Part shown: positions 9,139 through 18,602 of the stretch, in pieces
Layout of the letters: each line of letters opens with the position of its first letter
How positions within the stretch are numbered: the stretch's first letter is position 1
DNA from: Desulfobacterales bacterium
Lineage (GTDB): Bacteria > Desulfobacterota > Desulfobacteria > Desulfobacterales > UBA2174
DNA: 64,000 nucleotides
Direction of reading: 5' to 3'
Assembly: GCA_963668645.2 (NCBI GenBank)
Contig: CAXXWC010000021.1
Location: 96,001 to 160,000, forward strand
Made by a program: the position numbers and the translations under genes
The notes under the pieces: generated by a model
Databases searched by the model: none
Seen by the model: only the letters and a program-made list of their open reading frames with translations
What the model was told of the DNA's origin: nothing

Positions 9139-10374
9139 CTATTTTTCATGGCCACCGGGTTCATCAACACCGGGCCCTCCGGCTTTTGTGCAGTCTGCCG
9201 GCCCATCGACCGGCACGGCGTTTGCCGCCACAGAACGCCGGGCGATGCGCTGGGCCGCCAGATATACTAAAACGCCTATCAGGGCGCCCAGGGCCGGCGC
9301 CAAAAGCAAGGAGCCGATCAGCCACTCCACCAGCCGGTCTATGGCCTCGTAACCGAGGGTACGCAGGGAGACTTCGGTCAGCAGCGTCCCGTGGCGCAGA
9401 TAGTGGCCGACCTCGATGCACAGGGCCGGCACCAGCGGGGGCATGCAAAGTTGGCTGGCGCCCAGAGCCGCCACCTTGCTCAACCGGAAATAGCCGGCGG
9501 CAAAAAGGATGGCAATCGAATGGAAACCGATCAGCGGCAGCGTGCCGAGAAAAATGCCGAGAGCCGCCGAAAATCCGAGCCGGTCAGCGGGGATGTTCTG
9601 ACCCACCAGCATCTTTAGAGACCGCCAGGGGCTGAGGACGGAAACCTTGGCCGCCGCACCCGATCCTTCCGGGCCGACGATCCTGCGATGGGGCCAGGGA
9701 ACGATGGAGCGCATGGTCAAATGGATGGTCAGGACCGCAAAAAAAAGCCGTTTCACCAGCCCCGTCTTGCGGCTCTTTCCACAACCGGCCGGCAAGTCGG
9801 CTCCGAGCGCCACCTGGCGGATATCCGCCCCGGCCCAGACCGATCGTACCAACATTTCGTAATCAAAACAGGAGTTCCGGGACAAAGTGCGGAGCCCGAG
9901 CACTAGATCCAGAGGATAGGCGCGCAATCGGCCAGTGCTCTGCTTCAAGCCGATTCCGGTTTCAACCCGAAACCAGAAATCGGCCATCGCCTGCCTGAAG
10001 CGCTGCCACAGATCGAACGGGCCGGGGCACACCCCGCAGATCACCGCCTCGGGTGCAGCCTTGATCTGGGCCAGGATCCGATCGAGGTTGTTTTCAACGC
10101 CGCACCGCGCTTCGAGAATGATCAGATGGGTCATTCCCATCCGGGCCGCCGACCTGGCGGCCGCGCGGACCCCATCGCACCGCGCCGCGCCCCTGGGAGC
10201 CGCCATCTGCGGCAACCCGGCCGTGCACGCCTCCTCGTCTTGCAGGATTATGGCCCGGCATCCGGCCTCGATGCTCCTTTGCAGCGCCTCTTTTACACCC
10301 AGGCGCCCGTCGGCCGCGTCGATCAGCACCAGGGGCCTGATCAGGGATTGTTTTTCAGGCTGACCGGTCTGCAT
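9139..10374 (-). CDS. DUF2062 membrane protein with degenerate N-terminal GT2-like region
   Basis: C-terminal ALGIFLGTLPLIGFHS...VPALCIEVGHY...WLIGSL hydrophobic DUF2062 pattern; RAYPL/FDYEMLVR GT2-like remnants; start uncertain. Confidence 0.7.
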   Translation of the reverse strand: MQTGQPEKQSLIRPLVLIDAADGRLGVKEALQRSIEAGCRAIILQDEEACTAGLPQMAAPRGAARCDGVRAAARSAARMGMTHLIILEARCGVENNLDRILAQIKAAPEAVICGVCPGPFDLWQRFRQAMADFWFRVETGIGLKQSTGRLRAYPLDLVLGLRTLSRNSCFDYEMLVRSVWAGADIRQVALGADLPAGCGKSRKTGLVKRLFFAVLTIHLTMRSIVPWPHRRIVGPEGSGAAAKVSVLSPWRSLKMLVGQNIPADRLGFSAALGIFLGTLPLIGFHSIAILFAAGYFRLSKVAALGASQLCMPPLVPALCIEVGHYLRHGTLLTEVSLRTLGYEAIDRLVEWLIGSLLLAPALGALIGVLVYLAAQRIARRSVAANAVPVDGPADCTKAGGPGVDEPGGHEK

Positions 10375-10499
10375 GGCGCCGGGGGCGTGCGCCGGGGGCG
10401 GCAGTGAAGACGGCACGGCGTCATCGCCGGCCTTTGCGTGACCTGCATGGGGGGTACAGCTGGAGCGGCATCCGGCGGATCGGCGCTGCATGGTCGGGA

Positions 10500-11885
10500 T
10501 TATTTGAGAGCCGCCAGATTTTTAAGGGCGTACTTTTTGAGCTTGCGGCTTTCGGTGCGGTCGGCCACAGCCTGCAACGTGCCGCGATACCGACCGTTTC
10601 TCGCAGCGCCAAGCACATTGCACAACCACGACATGGCATCGACATGGAGTCGATCGGATGCGTTGGAGCGATATCCGGCCAGCAGTACCTCGGCCACCGT
10701 CTCCAGCACGGGCCCTTCAAAGGTCCGGGAACGGACGATCATCTTGCTGCCGGAAACGATCCGTTTATCGCTTCCCGATCGCAGCATCTGGATATATTCA
10801 CGCCCCGGGCCGGAAACCGCACCGGCAGCCGGCGATCCGCCAGCGAAGTTTTGGATCGACCCTGCGCCGGCCGTTTTTTCCAGCGCGACCTGCACCTGTT
10901 TGCGCTCCCCGCCGCTCAGGGGAATCCATTGGGTATCGGTCCGGTACCCGGGGGCCGAGACCTCGATATGGTAGCTTCCCGGTGCCAGTTCGATCCCGGG
11001 ATGATAGCGCGGCACGATGTTGAGGATGCGCACCCTCGCCCCTTGCGGATCGGTGTTGACATGCAGCCACCCCAGGCCCCCGAAGGAATCGGCTTGAACG
11101 GGCGGCTCCAGATTTTGGCCGGCCGGGGCAATACTGGCGCTGTAGACCATCTGGCCGTAGTCGATGGCTCCGGGTTCGGTTTCTTCGACGATTTCGGCCT
11201 CGGAAATCTTGTCCAGGATGTTGTTCAGCGCCACCCGGCCGGTTTCGATGCGTTCCACATCCAGGATTTCACCTGTCTTGGGATGCCGGATGATCCGGCC
11301 CTCCTTGTAGACAATGAACACCATGCCGGGCTTGGCCCCGGCACCACGGCCCAGATCGACGGCCACCGTGTTTTCCGACCGGCTGACGATATACCCTTCG
11401 AGGGGGAAATTCTTGATGATTTTGTCGGACATTTGGACCACGAGGTCCTGGAGGCGGCTAGCAACGGAACTCTTCACGTTTTCGGCCGCCTTGATCGATC
11501 CGGTTTGCACGTCGATGATGCGGGCGTTGATTTCCAGCACGTTTTGCAGTTTGAGCACCGATCCTGAGATGATGGCCTCCACGCCCAGCAGCTTTCCAAT
11601 TTGAGTGGCGGTGGTGTCGTCCACCACACCGCTCATACTCAATTTCTGTTCTTCGAGGATCTTGTTGATCATTCCGCGCTCGACCACGTCGAAGCGCCCC
11701 GCCTTGACGAATGCGGTAATAAACCACTCAGCCACGATGGCACCCATATCCTCTGTTTCAAAGCCCTGCCCCTGAAGGGTGAAATCGAGAACGGCGATCT
11801 TGGTCTTCTTGAAGTTGGCCTGAGCGGCAAGCGGGGCCGGCGCAATCAGCAGCAGCATTAAAAAAAAGGCGGCATATCGTTTCAC
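10500..11885 (-). CDS. Secreted CsgG/FlgO-like + PEGA domain protein
   Basis: Signal peptide, KIAVLDF...FDVVER...IGKLLGV...INARIIDVQTG, FlgT-C-like region and LHVNTDPQGARV PEGA; GTG start after AGGGAGG. Confidence 0.78.
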   Translation of the reverse strand: MKRYAAFFLMLLLIAPAPLAAQANFKKTKIAVLDFTLQGQGFETEDMGAIVAEWFITAFVKAGRFDVVERGMINKILEEQKLSMSGVVDDTTATQIGKLLGVEAIISGSVLKLQNVLEINARIIDVQTGSIKAAENVKSSVASRLQDLVVQMSDKIIKNFPLEGYIVSRSENTVAVDLGRGAGAKPGMVFIVYKEGRIIRHPKTGEILDVERIETGRVALNNILDKISEAEIVEETEPGAIDYGQMVYSASIAPAGQNLEPPVQADSFGGLGWLHVNTDPQGARVRILNIVPRYHPGIELAPGSYHIEVSAPGYRTDTQWIPLSGGERKQVQVALEKTAGAGSIQNFAGGSPAAGAVSGPGREYIQMLRSGSDKRIVSGSKMIVRSRTFEGPVLETVAEVLLAGYRSNASDRLHVDAMSWLCNVLGAARNGRYRGTLQAVADRTESRKLKKYALKNLAALK

Positions 11886-12164
11886 TGGAATCCTCCCTGG
11901 AAGGGCATCGAGTCTTTGGTTCACGCGGCTCACGACCGGAAAGAAAACCGGCAGGCAAAGAGATGACGCCAGACAGACTACCCTTGCCGGCAAGAGGCTG
12001 TCAAGAACAGTAGCGTCTGCTTTTACCGCTTGCGGGACACCCCCAGGCTAGCGGTCAGGATTTTTGGGTTGGCCTGGCCGTGCCCGGGCTGATAGACTAT
12101 GGGCATCCTCGCTCCGGCGGTAATAACTATGCTTTCAGATCCAAGACGATTCCGGGGTCCTTCC

Positions 12165-12953
12165 ATGTTCGCACCTTGCCGGCCACGACCACCACGATCC
12201 AACCGGAAAGCCCTGCTGCTGTTCCTGGCTTTGATCCTGGCCGGCTGCGCAGCCGTCAAGCCGCCCCAGGCACCGTCTTCCCCACCGGCGGTAACGGTGC
12301 CGGTTTTGCCCATGCTGGGTATCAGCATCCAGGCAGGCGCCTTTGCGAACCTCGACAACGCGGTACGCCTCACCGAACTGCTCCAGTCCCGGGGGCTGGA
12401 AGCAACCTTTTTCAGGGACGACGACGGGCTGTTCAAGGTACGCTTCGGCAATTTCCCATCCCGTGAAGCGGCTCAGCGGCGGGCACTGGACTTGCAGCGC
12501 GACGGGATGCTGGAGGTCTTTTGCATCGTGGGGCCCGAACAGTATGCCGCCGCCGAGCGCGAGCACCGGGGCGTGGACTTCGTGCGCCGCAGCATCGTTC
12601 AAGCCGCCACTGGTTTTTTAGGGATTCCTTACCGTTGGGGCGGAGACTCCCCCCAGGAGGGCTTCGACTGCAGCGGCCTGACCATGACCGCCTACCGGCT
12701 CAACGGATACGATCTGCCGCGCACTTCCCGCGCCCAATACGCGACCGGAGCCCCGGTCGCCACAACCGGCCTGCTGCCGGCGGACCTGGTTTTTTTTAGA
12801 GGCCCGGCCAAAGGCCGGATCTCACACGTCGGGCTCTATATTGGCAAGGGGCGGTTCATCCACGCCTCGAGTTCGGGAAAAAGAATCCGTATCGACACCC
12901 TGGACCAAGATTACTACCGCCTTCACCTGATCGGCGCGCGGCGCTATCTTTAA
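12165..12953 (+). CDS. SPOR + NlpC/P60 cell wall endopeptidase lipoprotein
   Basis: LAGC lipobox, IQAGAF SPOR domain, PYRWGG...GFDCSGL...LPRTS...SHVGLY...FIHA. Confidence 0.9.
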   Translation: MFAPCRPRPPRSNRKALLLFLALILAGCAAVKPPQAPSSPPAVTVPVLPMLGISIQAGAFANLDNAVRLTELLQSRGLEATFFRDDDGLFKVRFGNFPSREAAQRRALDLQRDGMLEVFCIVGPEQYAAAEREHRGVDFVRRSIVQAATGFLGIPYRWGGDSPQEGFDCSGLTMTAYRLNGYDLPRTSRAQYATGAPVATTGLLPADLVFFRGPAKGRISHVGLYIGKGRFIHASSSGKRIRIDTLDQDYYRLHLIGARRYL

Positions 12954-13003
12954 TATCTCAACAGCCTGGCCCCATCGCCCGGTGCCGGGCCGGATCCCGC
13001 CTT

Positions 13004-14914
13004 TTACCAGCCGCCGCCACCACCACCCCCGCCGCCTCCGCCCGAGGAACCGCCTCCGCCGCTTCCAGAGCTGGAGCCCGGCGCGCTGGAGGAAGCGGCC
13101 ATCGCACCGGCAAAAGACCCGCCCAGACTGGAGGCCAGACCGGTGAACGGGGTGCGGCCGCTGTACCAGACCGGACCGGCCCGCAGTCCGGACCCCGGAT
13201 CCAGGGCCGCCCTGGCCAGCAGATCGGCAAACTGGGCGTTCCATTCGTTTTCCACGTCCAGCGCCATGGCGTAGGGGAGCAGGGACTCGAAGTGTTCCGG
13301 AGTCCGCTCCGGAGGATGGAGCATGTTCAAACGCTCCTTTTCGGCCACGCTCATGTAATGTTTGAGCCCTTCGATCTCATCCATCAAGCGCCGGCCGGCC
13401 AAGGTCGGCGCCTTGAGCAGATGATAAAAAACGATGTTTACAATCCCCACGGAGAGCATCAACACCATCCCCGGAAATGAAATCGCGGCGGCCAGCATCC
13501 CGATGCCGAAAATCTCGCCGATAAAAAAAGGCGTGGCAAAAAGGGTGATGGCCATGGCCCCGGCCACCTGCCGGCTGCGCCAGGCCGAGATCACCCGGGT
13601 ACCGAGGCCGTAGACGCCAACGCTCCAGATGGAGAGCCAGACAACCATAAAGGCCGCCACCGGCACCATGTCGCCGGTCAGGACGATGCCCGCCAGCACG
13701 ATCAGGGAAATGACGATTCCGGGAATGAAATGGCCCGTATTGCGAAGAAAATACTGCTTTTCATATTCGCCGCCGAGACTGGTGCGCAGGGCCTTGAGAG
13801 CCGCGCCCACCTTCTTGTGGGAAGTGTTTTTCAATTTGATCGATCCGCTTGCCCGGGGCAGCAGGAGGCTTGCCACCTTCGCCTCGCCCCTGGAAAGAGA
13901 GGCCGGTTTCTGACCTGTGGCCTCAAGGGAATATACCCCGTTGGATCCTTCCTTGATCTTCAAACAGCCCTTGACCGCCAGGCTGACGACGGCCACGGCC
14001 AGGGCTTTTTGGTCAAAGGCCATCTTCATGACGAATCGTGCACCGGCCGGTGAAACCCCTTTGGGCGGCGTATAGCGCGCAATGATCGTACCCCGGGCCG
14101 GATCACGGCCCACCTTCCACCAGGAGGCCAGGTAGTAGACCAGCAGGATGAACAGCCCGGCGACGGCCACCAGCGAGGCCCCGTTGTCCCTGACCAGATC
14201 GATATTTTTTTCGGTCCGCGTCGGTTCGTGCACGAAGCCTTTGGGCCAGGCCACCGCCACGGTCAGCCCTTCCCGGGGGCCCAGGGGCCGGGTGGTGGAA
14301 AAGACCATATAGCCGTCGCCGGATTCGATGCGGAAGTCTTTGCCCGCAGCCCCGGCCGGTCCGGTATAGGCCGCCTGCTGAACCACCCCGGTGCCCGGAG
14401 GCAGATCGATCTTCGCGCCGGCCTTTTCGATGACAAAGTCCCAGTCGTTGCCGGTCACGTTCCAGTAAAGTTCATCGTAGTCCTTGAAGAAACCGACCTG
14501 ACGATCGCAGCGATAAACGAGGGTATAGGTGTATCGGCCCGGCTTGAGCAAGACATCGCCACTGCCCATGTAAACCCGCACACCGCCGGAACGCCGCTCG
14601 GTATGGTAAGGTTCGGGCCGGCCGTCGCGCTGCACCGCCAGTACCTGGAAGCGGACCTTGACCCTGCGGCCCAGGCGGCTGCGATACTCGGTGGGAAAGT
14701 CACGGTAAATGCCGCGCCGGATGCGATCGCCGGCCGCCGCCACCTGGATGGTCTCGGTGACCCTCAGATCGCCCTGGCTCATGATCTGGATATAACTGTC
14801 AAAGGAGAGAATCCGCTCCTGCCGGGCCGCCCGGGCCAGGGGGGCGTTGAGAATCAACAGGCTGCCCACCACCAGCGTCAGTAAAGACAAGCTGAGGTAT
14901 CGATGACGGCTCAT
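13004..14914 (-). CDS. DUF2207 family membrane protein
   Basis: GIYRDF, ELYWNVTG, several TM segments, LLPYAMAL and Gly-rich C-terminal GGGGGGW. Confidence 0.9.
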   Translation of the reverse strand: MSRHRYLSLSLLTLVVGSLLILNAPLARAARQERILSFDSYIQIMSQGDLRVTETIQVAAAGDRIRRGIYRDFPTEYRSRLGRRVKVRFQVLAVQRDGRPEPYHTERRSGGVRVYMGSGDVLLKPGRYTYTLVYRCDRQVGFFKDYDELYWNVTGNDWDFVIEKAGAKIDLPPGTGVVQQAAYTGPAGAAGKDFRIESGDGYMVFSTTRPLGPREGLTVAVAWPKGFVHEPTRTEKNIDLVRDNGASLVAVAGLFILLVYYLASWWKVGRDPARGTIIARYTPPKGVSPAGARFVMKMAFDQKALAVAVVSLAVKGCLKIKEGSNGVYSLEATGQKPASLSRGEAKVASLLLPRASGSIKLKNTSHKKVGAALKALRTSLGGEYEKQYFLRNTGHFIPGIVISLIVLAGIVLTGDMVPVAAFMVVWLSIWSVGVYGLGTRVISAWRSRQVAGAMAITLFATPFFIGEIFGIGMLAAAISFPGMVLMLSVGIVNIVFYHLLKAPTLAGRRLMDEIEGLKHYMSVAEKERLNMLHPPERTPEHFESLLPYAMALDVENEWNAQFADLLARAALDPGSGLRAGPVWYSGRTPFTGLASSLGGSFAGAMAASSSAPGSSSGSGGGGSSGGGGGGGGGGGW

Positions 14915-15031
14915 GGCATTCTCCTCTGGTGCAACAGCGGGGAGGGGCGATCCGCGCCGCAGTGGAAAGCGGCGGTCGGATCAACGGCAATCCAAACCCC
15001 GGCTTAGAGTTTTGCATGGACATTTTCGTTT

Positions 15032-15853
15032 TCAACCAGGGGGCCTTGCGTGCTGTTCGCCGTGCCGGGAGCAGATGCTTTTCAGTTCGACGGCACGGTT
15101 GCTAAAAATCCAGTCAACCCCCCGGTCGATCTCCCGGTACAAACAGCGGCGTGACTCGACCATGCCGCAGCCGACCGCTTGGCCGTGCTGGTGGTGGCGG
15201 GCGATGGCGCGGCTGCCCACCAGCAAAAAATGGCCCGCAACCCCGCCGTACCCGCACTCAAAGGCCAGACGGCTGAAAGCTTTGACATCGGCCCAGGCGA
15301 TGGGCACCAGGCAGCTGCGGGGAACGAAACCGAGATGGCGCAACATGCCCGGATCGAGACTCATCAGATGATAATCTGCCACCGGCGCCAGGGGTGAAAG
15401 CAGATGGGCCAAGGTGGCGGATCGGATCAGGGGATCCGGGTAGGGTTCGGCCTTGATTTCGATCATCAGATGGCAGCGCTTGCCGTAGCGGGCCACCACC
15501 TCGACCAGGGTGGGAAGCGGGGGGAAAAGAGCTCTCAACTCGGCCAGGGTGGCATCGGCCAGACGCATGGGGCATCCTGCCAGGCGCCTGAAATCGGGGT
15601 CGTGAAAAACCACCGCCTGGCCATCGGCCGTCCAGCGCAGGTCGAACTCGATCCCCCAGACCCCGGCGGCCACAGCTTGATCAAAAGCCGCCAGGGTGTT
15701 TTCAAAGACCTGGCGGTTGTCATGTTCGCCGCGGTGGGACACGATACGCGCGCCGGCCAGGCGCCAGGAGGCGGGCGCCGGCCTTGGCCAGCGGGCCAGG
15801 GCCGTGTCGGTTGCCAGGGTAAAGAAGCGCTCCAGGTGAGGCGAAATCTTCAT
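15032..15853 (-). CDS. Glycerophosphodiester phosphodiesterase family protein
   Basis: SHRG, ENTLAAF, IEFDL, VFHD, IEIK motifs. Confidence 0.88.
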   Translation of the reverse strand: MKISPHLERFFTLATDTALARWPRPAPASWRLAGARIVSHRGEHDNRQVFENTLAAFDQAVAAGVWGIEFDLRWTADGQAVVFHDPDFRRLAGCPMRLADATLAELRALFPPLPTLVEVVARYGKRCHLMIEIKAEPYPDPLIRSATLAHLLSPLAPVADYHLMSLDPGMLRHLGFVPRSCLVPIAWADVKAFSRLAFECGYGGVAGHFLLVGSRAIARHHQHGQAVGCGMVESRRCLYREIDRGVDWIFSNRAVELKSICSRHGEQHARPPG

Positions 15854-16007
15854 GAACACCCGTTTTGTTTCCTGAATGTCGGCGACCGGGATTGATCATA
15901 AAAGGCATCATAACGGGGACCCTGCCCGATGCTTGACCCCGAAAGCCATTCATACTATCAGAGGAGACTTTTCAAAACCCTGTTTTTCAACTGTGAAAGG
16001 AGTCATC

Positions 16008-16505
16008 ATGGTCAGACTGGAAACCAGCATGGGTGAAATCGAAATCGAACTCGACGCCCAGAAGGCCCCAAAAACAGTGGCCAATTTTCTCGAATACGTC
16101 AATGCCGGCCACTATGACGGAACCATTTTTCACCGCGTCATCGACGGGTTCATGATCCAGGGCGGCGGCATGACCGAGGACATGAGCGAAAAACCGACCC
16201 GCGCACCGGTGGAGAACGAAGCCGATAATGGTCTGAAAAACGACGCCTACACCGTGGCCATGGCCCGCACCATGGACCCGCACAGCGCGACGGCCCAGTT
16301 TTTCATCAACGTCAAGAAGAACGATTTTCTCAACTACAAGGCCAAGAACCCCCAGGGCTGGGGCTATGCCGTGTTCGGCAAGGTGACCAAGGGCCACGGG
16401 GTGGTCAACAAGATCAAGGGTGTGGCCACCGGCCGCAAGGGGATGCACGATGACGTGCCCATGGAACCGGTCACCATCATCAAGGCTGAGGTGGTAGACG
16501 CCTGA
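16008..16505 (+). CDS. ppiB: Peptidyl-prolyl cis-trans isomerase (cyclophilin type)
   Basis: [47 protein letters not shown]. Confidence 0.93.
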   Translation: MVRLETSMGEIEIELDAQKAPKTVANFLEYVNAGHYDGTIFHRVIDGFMIQGGGMTEDMSEKPTRAPVENEADNGLKNDAYTVAMARTMDPHSATAQFFINVKKNDFLNYKAKNPQGWGYAVFGKVTKGHGVVNKIKGVATGRKGMHDDVPMEPVTIIKAEVVDA

Positions 16506-16688
16506 AAACCCCCGCCTTGCCCGGCCTTGCCGCTGCTTGAAGGGGGCCCATACAGTCGTCCAAAGCCTGAGGCCTCCTTCTGCACAAAAACCACGCCGCC
16601 GGCTTCTGCCACCCTGCAACGTCGAAAGACAAGGCCGCAGATTCTTGACAATATCGAAGTCCAATATGTGGACACTCGGCATCCGTTA

Positions 16689-18551
16689 ATGGAACCTATC
16701 GCCGCATTGAAGCGCTACTTCGGCTACGAAGCGTTCCGGGACCACCAGCAGGAGATCATCGAAACCGTGGGCGGCGGAAACGATGCCTTTGTCCTGATGC
16801 CCACCGGCAGCGGCAAATCCATCTGCTACCAGATTCCGGCCATCGTCGCCAAAGGCGTCGGCATCGTCGTCTCCCCTCTGATCGCCCTGATGGAAGACCA
16901 GGTCAAGGGGCTGCAGGCCAACGGGGTGCGCGCAGCCTACCTGAATTCCACCATCCCTTTCCAAGAGGCGCTCCGGATCCAGCACCGCGCGGCCGCCGGC
17001 GCCCTCGACCTGCTCTATGTGGCCCCGGAAAAATTATTGACCGCAAATTTCCAACATTTTCTAAGCCAGGTCGAGATCGCCCTGTTCGCCATCGACGAGG
17101 CCCACTGCGTGTCCCAGTGGGGGCACGATTTCCGTCCCGAGTACCTGCGCATCAACGAGGTCACGCGCAGGTTCCCCGGCACCCCGCGCATGGCGCTCAC
17201 CGCCACGGCCGACGACATCACGCGCCGGGATATCCTCGCGCGGCTTGCGTTAACCGAAGCCAGGATCTTTATTTCCAGCTTCGACCGGCCCAACATCCGC
17301 TATCGGCTCCAGGCCAAACAGCGCGACAAACACCAGTTGCGCGACTTCATCGAAAGTGAACACCCCCAGGATGCGGGAATCGTCTACGTGCGCACCCGCA
17401 AGCGTGCCGAAACCGTCGCCGATTTTTTGGCCCGGTCCGGGATCCAGGCCCTTGCCTACCATGCCGGGCTGGCTTCCGACCTGCGCCTGGCACACCAGAA
17501 ACGATTCCAGCAAAACGAAGCCCAGGTCATCGTCGCCACCATCGCGTTCGGAATGGGGATCGACAAACCGGACGTGCGTTTCGTGGCCCATCTGGATCTG
17601 CCCTCGAGCATGGAAGCCTACTACCAGGAAACCGGCCGCGCCGGGCGGGACGGCAACCCGGCCGATGCCTGGATGATCTATTCGCTTGCGGACGGCATCG
17701 CCCTGCGGCGGCTCTTCGAACAGTCGGAGGGTACGGATGAATTCAAGCGCGTTCTGGGGAAAAAGCTCCAAGCGTTGCTCGCCTTTTGCGAATCCATCGA
17801 GTGTCGCCGCAAGCTTTTGCTGGCTTACTTCGGAGAAGCCCATCAAGGCCGGTGCGGCAACTGCGACAATTGCCTCGATCCGCCCAGAACCTGGGACGGG
17901 ACCATTGCGGCCCAAAAAGCTCTGTCCTGCGCCTACCGCACCGGCCAGCGTTTCGGCGCCGGTCATCTCATAAGTGTCCTCATGGGCAAGCAGACCGAAA
18001 CGGTCATCCGCTGGAAGCACGATCGCATCAAGACCTTCGGCGTGGGCCAAGATCTTCCCAAAGCCGCGTGGGAGTCGGTCTGCCGGCAGCTGCTTTTCGG
18101 GGAATATCTTAGCGAAAATCCGGATGGATACGGCGGGCTCGGGATTTCGCAAAAGGGAATGGCGTTTTTAAAAAACAAAGAATCGATCCGATTCAGATCC
18201 GATCCGACAAGGCGGCAAAAGATAGACTCCAGGGATACTCGCCGGTCCGGCCAGATGGCAGACGGCGCTGAGGTCGATGCCGGACTGCTGCAAAAGTTGA
18301 AACAATACCGGAGCAAAATCGCCGCTCAAGACGGCGTGCCGCCCTATGTGATTTTTCACGATCGTACCCTGATCGCGCTTTCTGCATGCAGGCCTAAAAC
18401 CATCGCCGAACTGGATGGGATTTACGGGATCGGTGAGGCCAAGCGCAGCCGGTACGGCAAAGACATCGTCGATATCGTTTTGGAGATGGAACCCGGCGCT
18501 GCGGCGCATGACCCGCGCACCCTTCCTGCCTGCTCAGAATCGAAAAATTGA
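16689..18551 (+). CDS. recQ: DNA helicase RecQ
   Basis: MPTGSGKS, DEAHCVSQWGHDFRP, TATA, QETGRAGRDG, Zn-binding CRR...CGNCDNC, RQC and HRDC (PPYVIFHD) domains. Confidence 0.95.
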   Translation: MEPIAALKRYFGYEAFRDHQQEIIETVGGGNDAFVLMPTGSGKSICYQIPAIVAKGVGIVVSPLIALMEDQVKGLQANGVRAAYLNSTIPFQEALRIQHRAAAGALDLLYVAPEKLLTANFQHFLSQVEIALFAIDEAHCVSQWGHDFRPEYLRINEVTRRFPGTPRMALTATADDITRRDILARLALTEARIFISSFDRPNIRYRLQAKQRDKHQLRDFIESEHPQDAGIVYVRTRKRAETVADFLARSGIQALAYHAGLASDLRLAHQKRFQQNEAQVIVATIAFGMGIDKPDVRFVAHLDLPSSMEAYYQETGRAGRDGNPADAWMIYSLADGIALRRLFEQSEGTDEFKRVLGKKLQALLAFCESIECRRKLLLAYFGEAHQGRCGNCDNCLDPPRTWDGTIAAQKALSCAYRTGQRFGAGHLISVLMGKQTETVIRWKHDRIKTFGVGQDLPKAAWESVCRQLLFGEYLSENPDGYGGLGISQKGMAFLKNKESIRFRSDPTRRQKIDSRDTRRSGQMADGAEVDAGLLQKLKQYRSKIAAQDGVPPYVIFHDRTLIALSACRPKTIAELDGIYGIGEAKRSRYGKDIVDIVLEMEPGAAAHDPRTLPACSESKN

Positions 18552-18602
18552 GCAGGCCGAGTTGCAAGCAAAAATTTCAGGCACTGTTTGCCACGGCCGA
18601 AG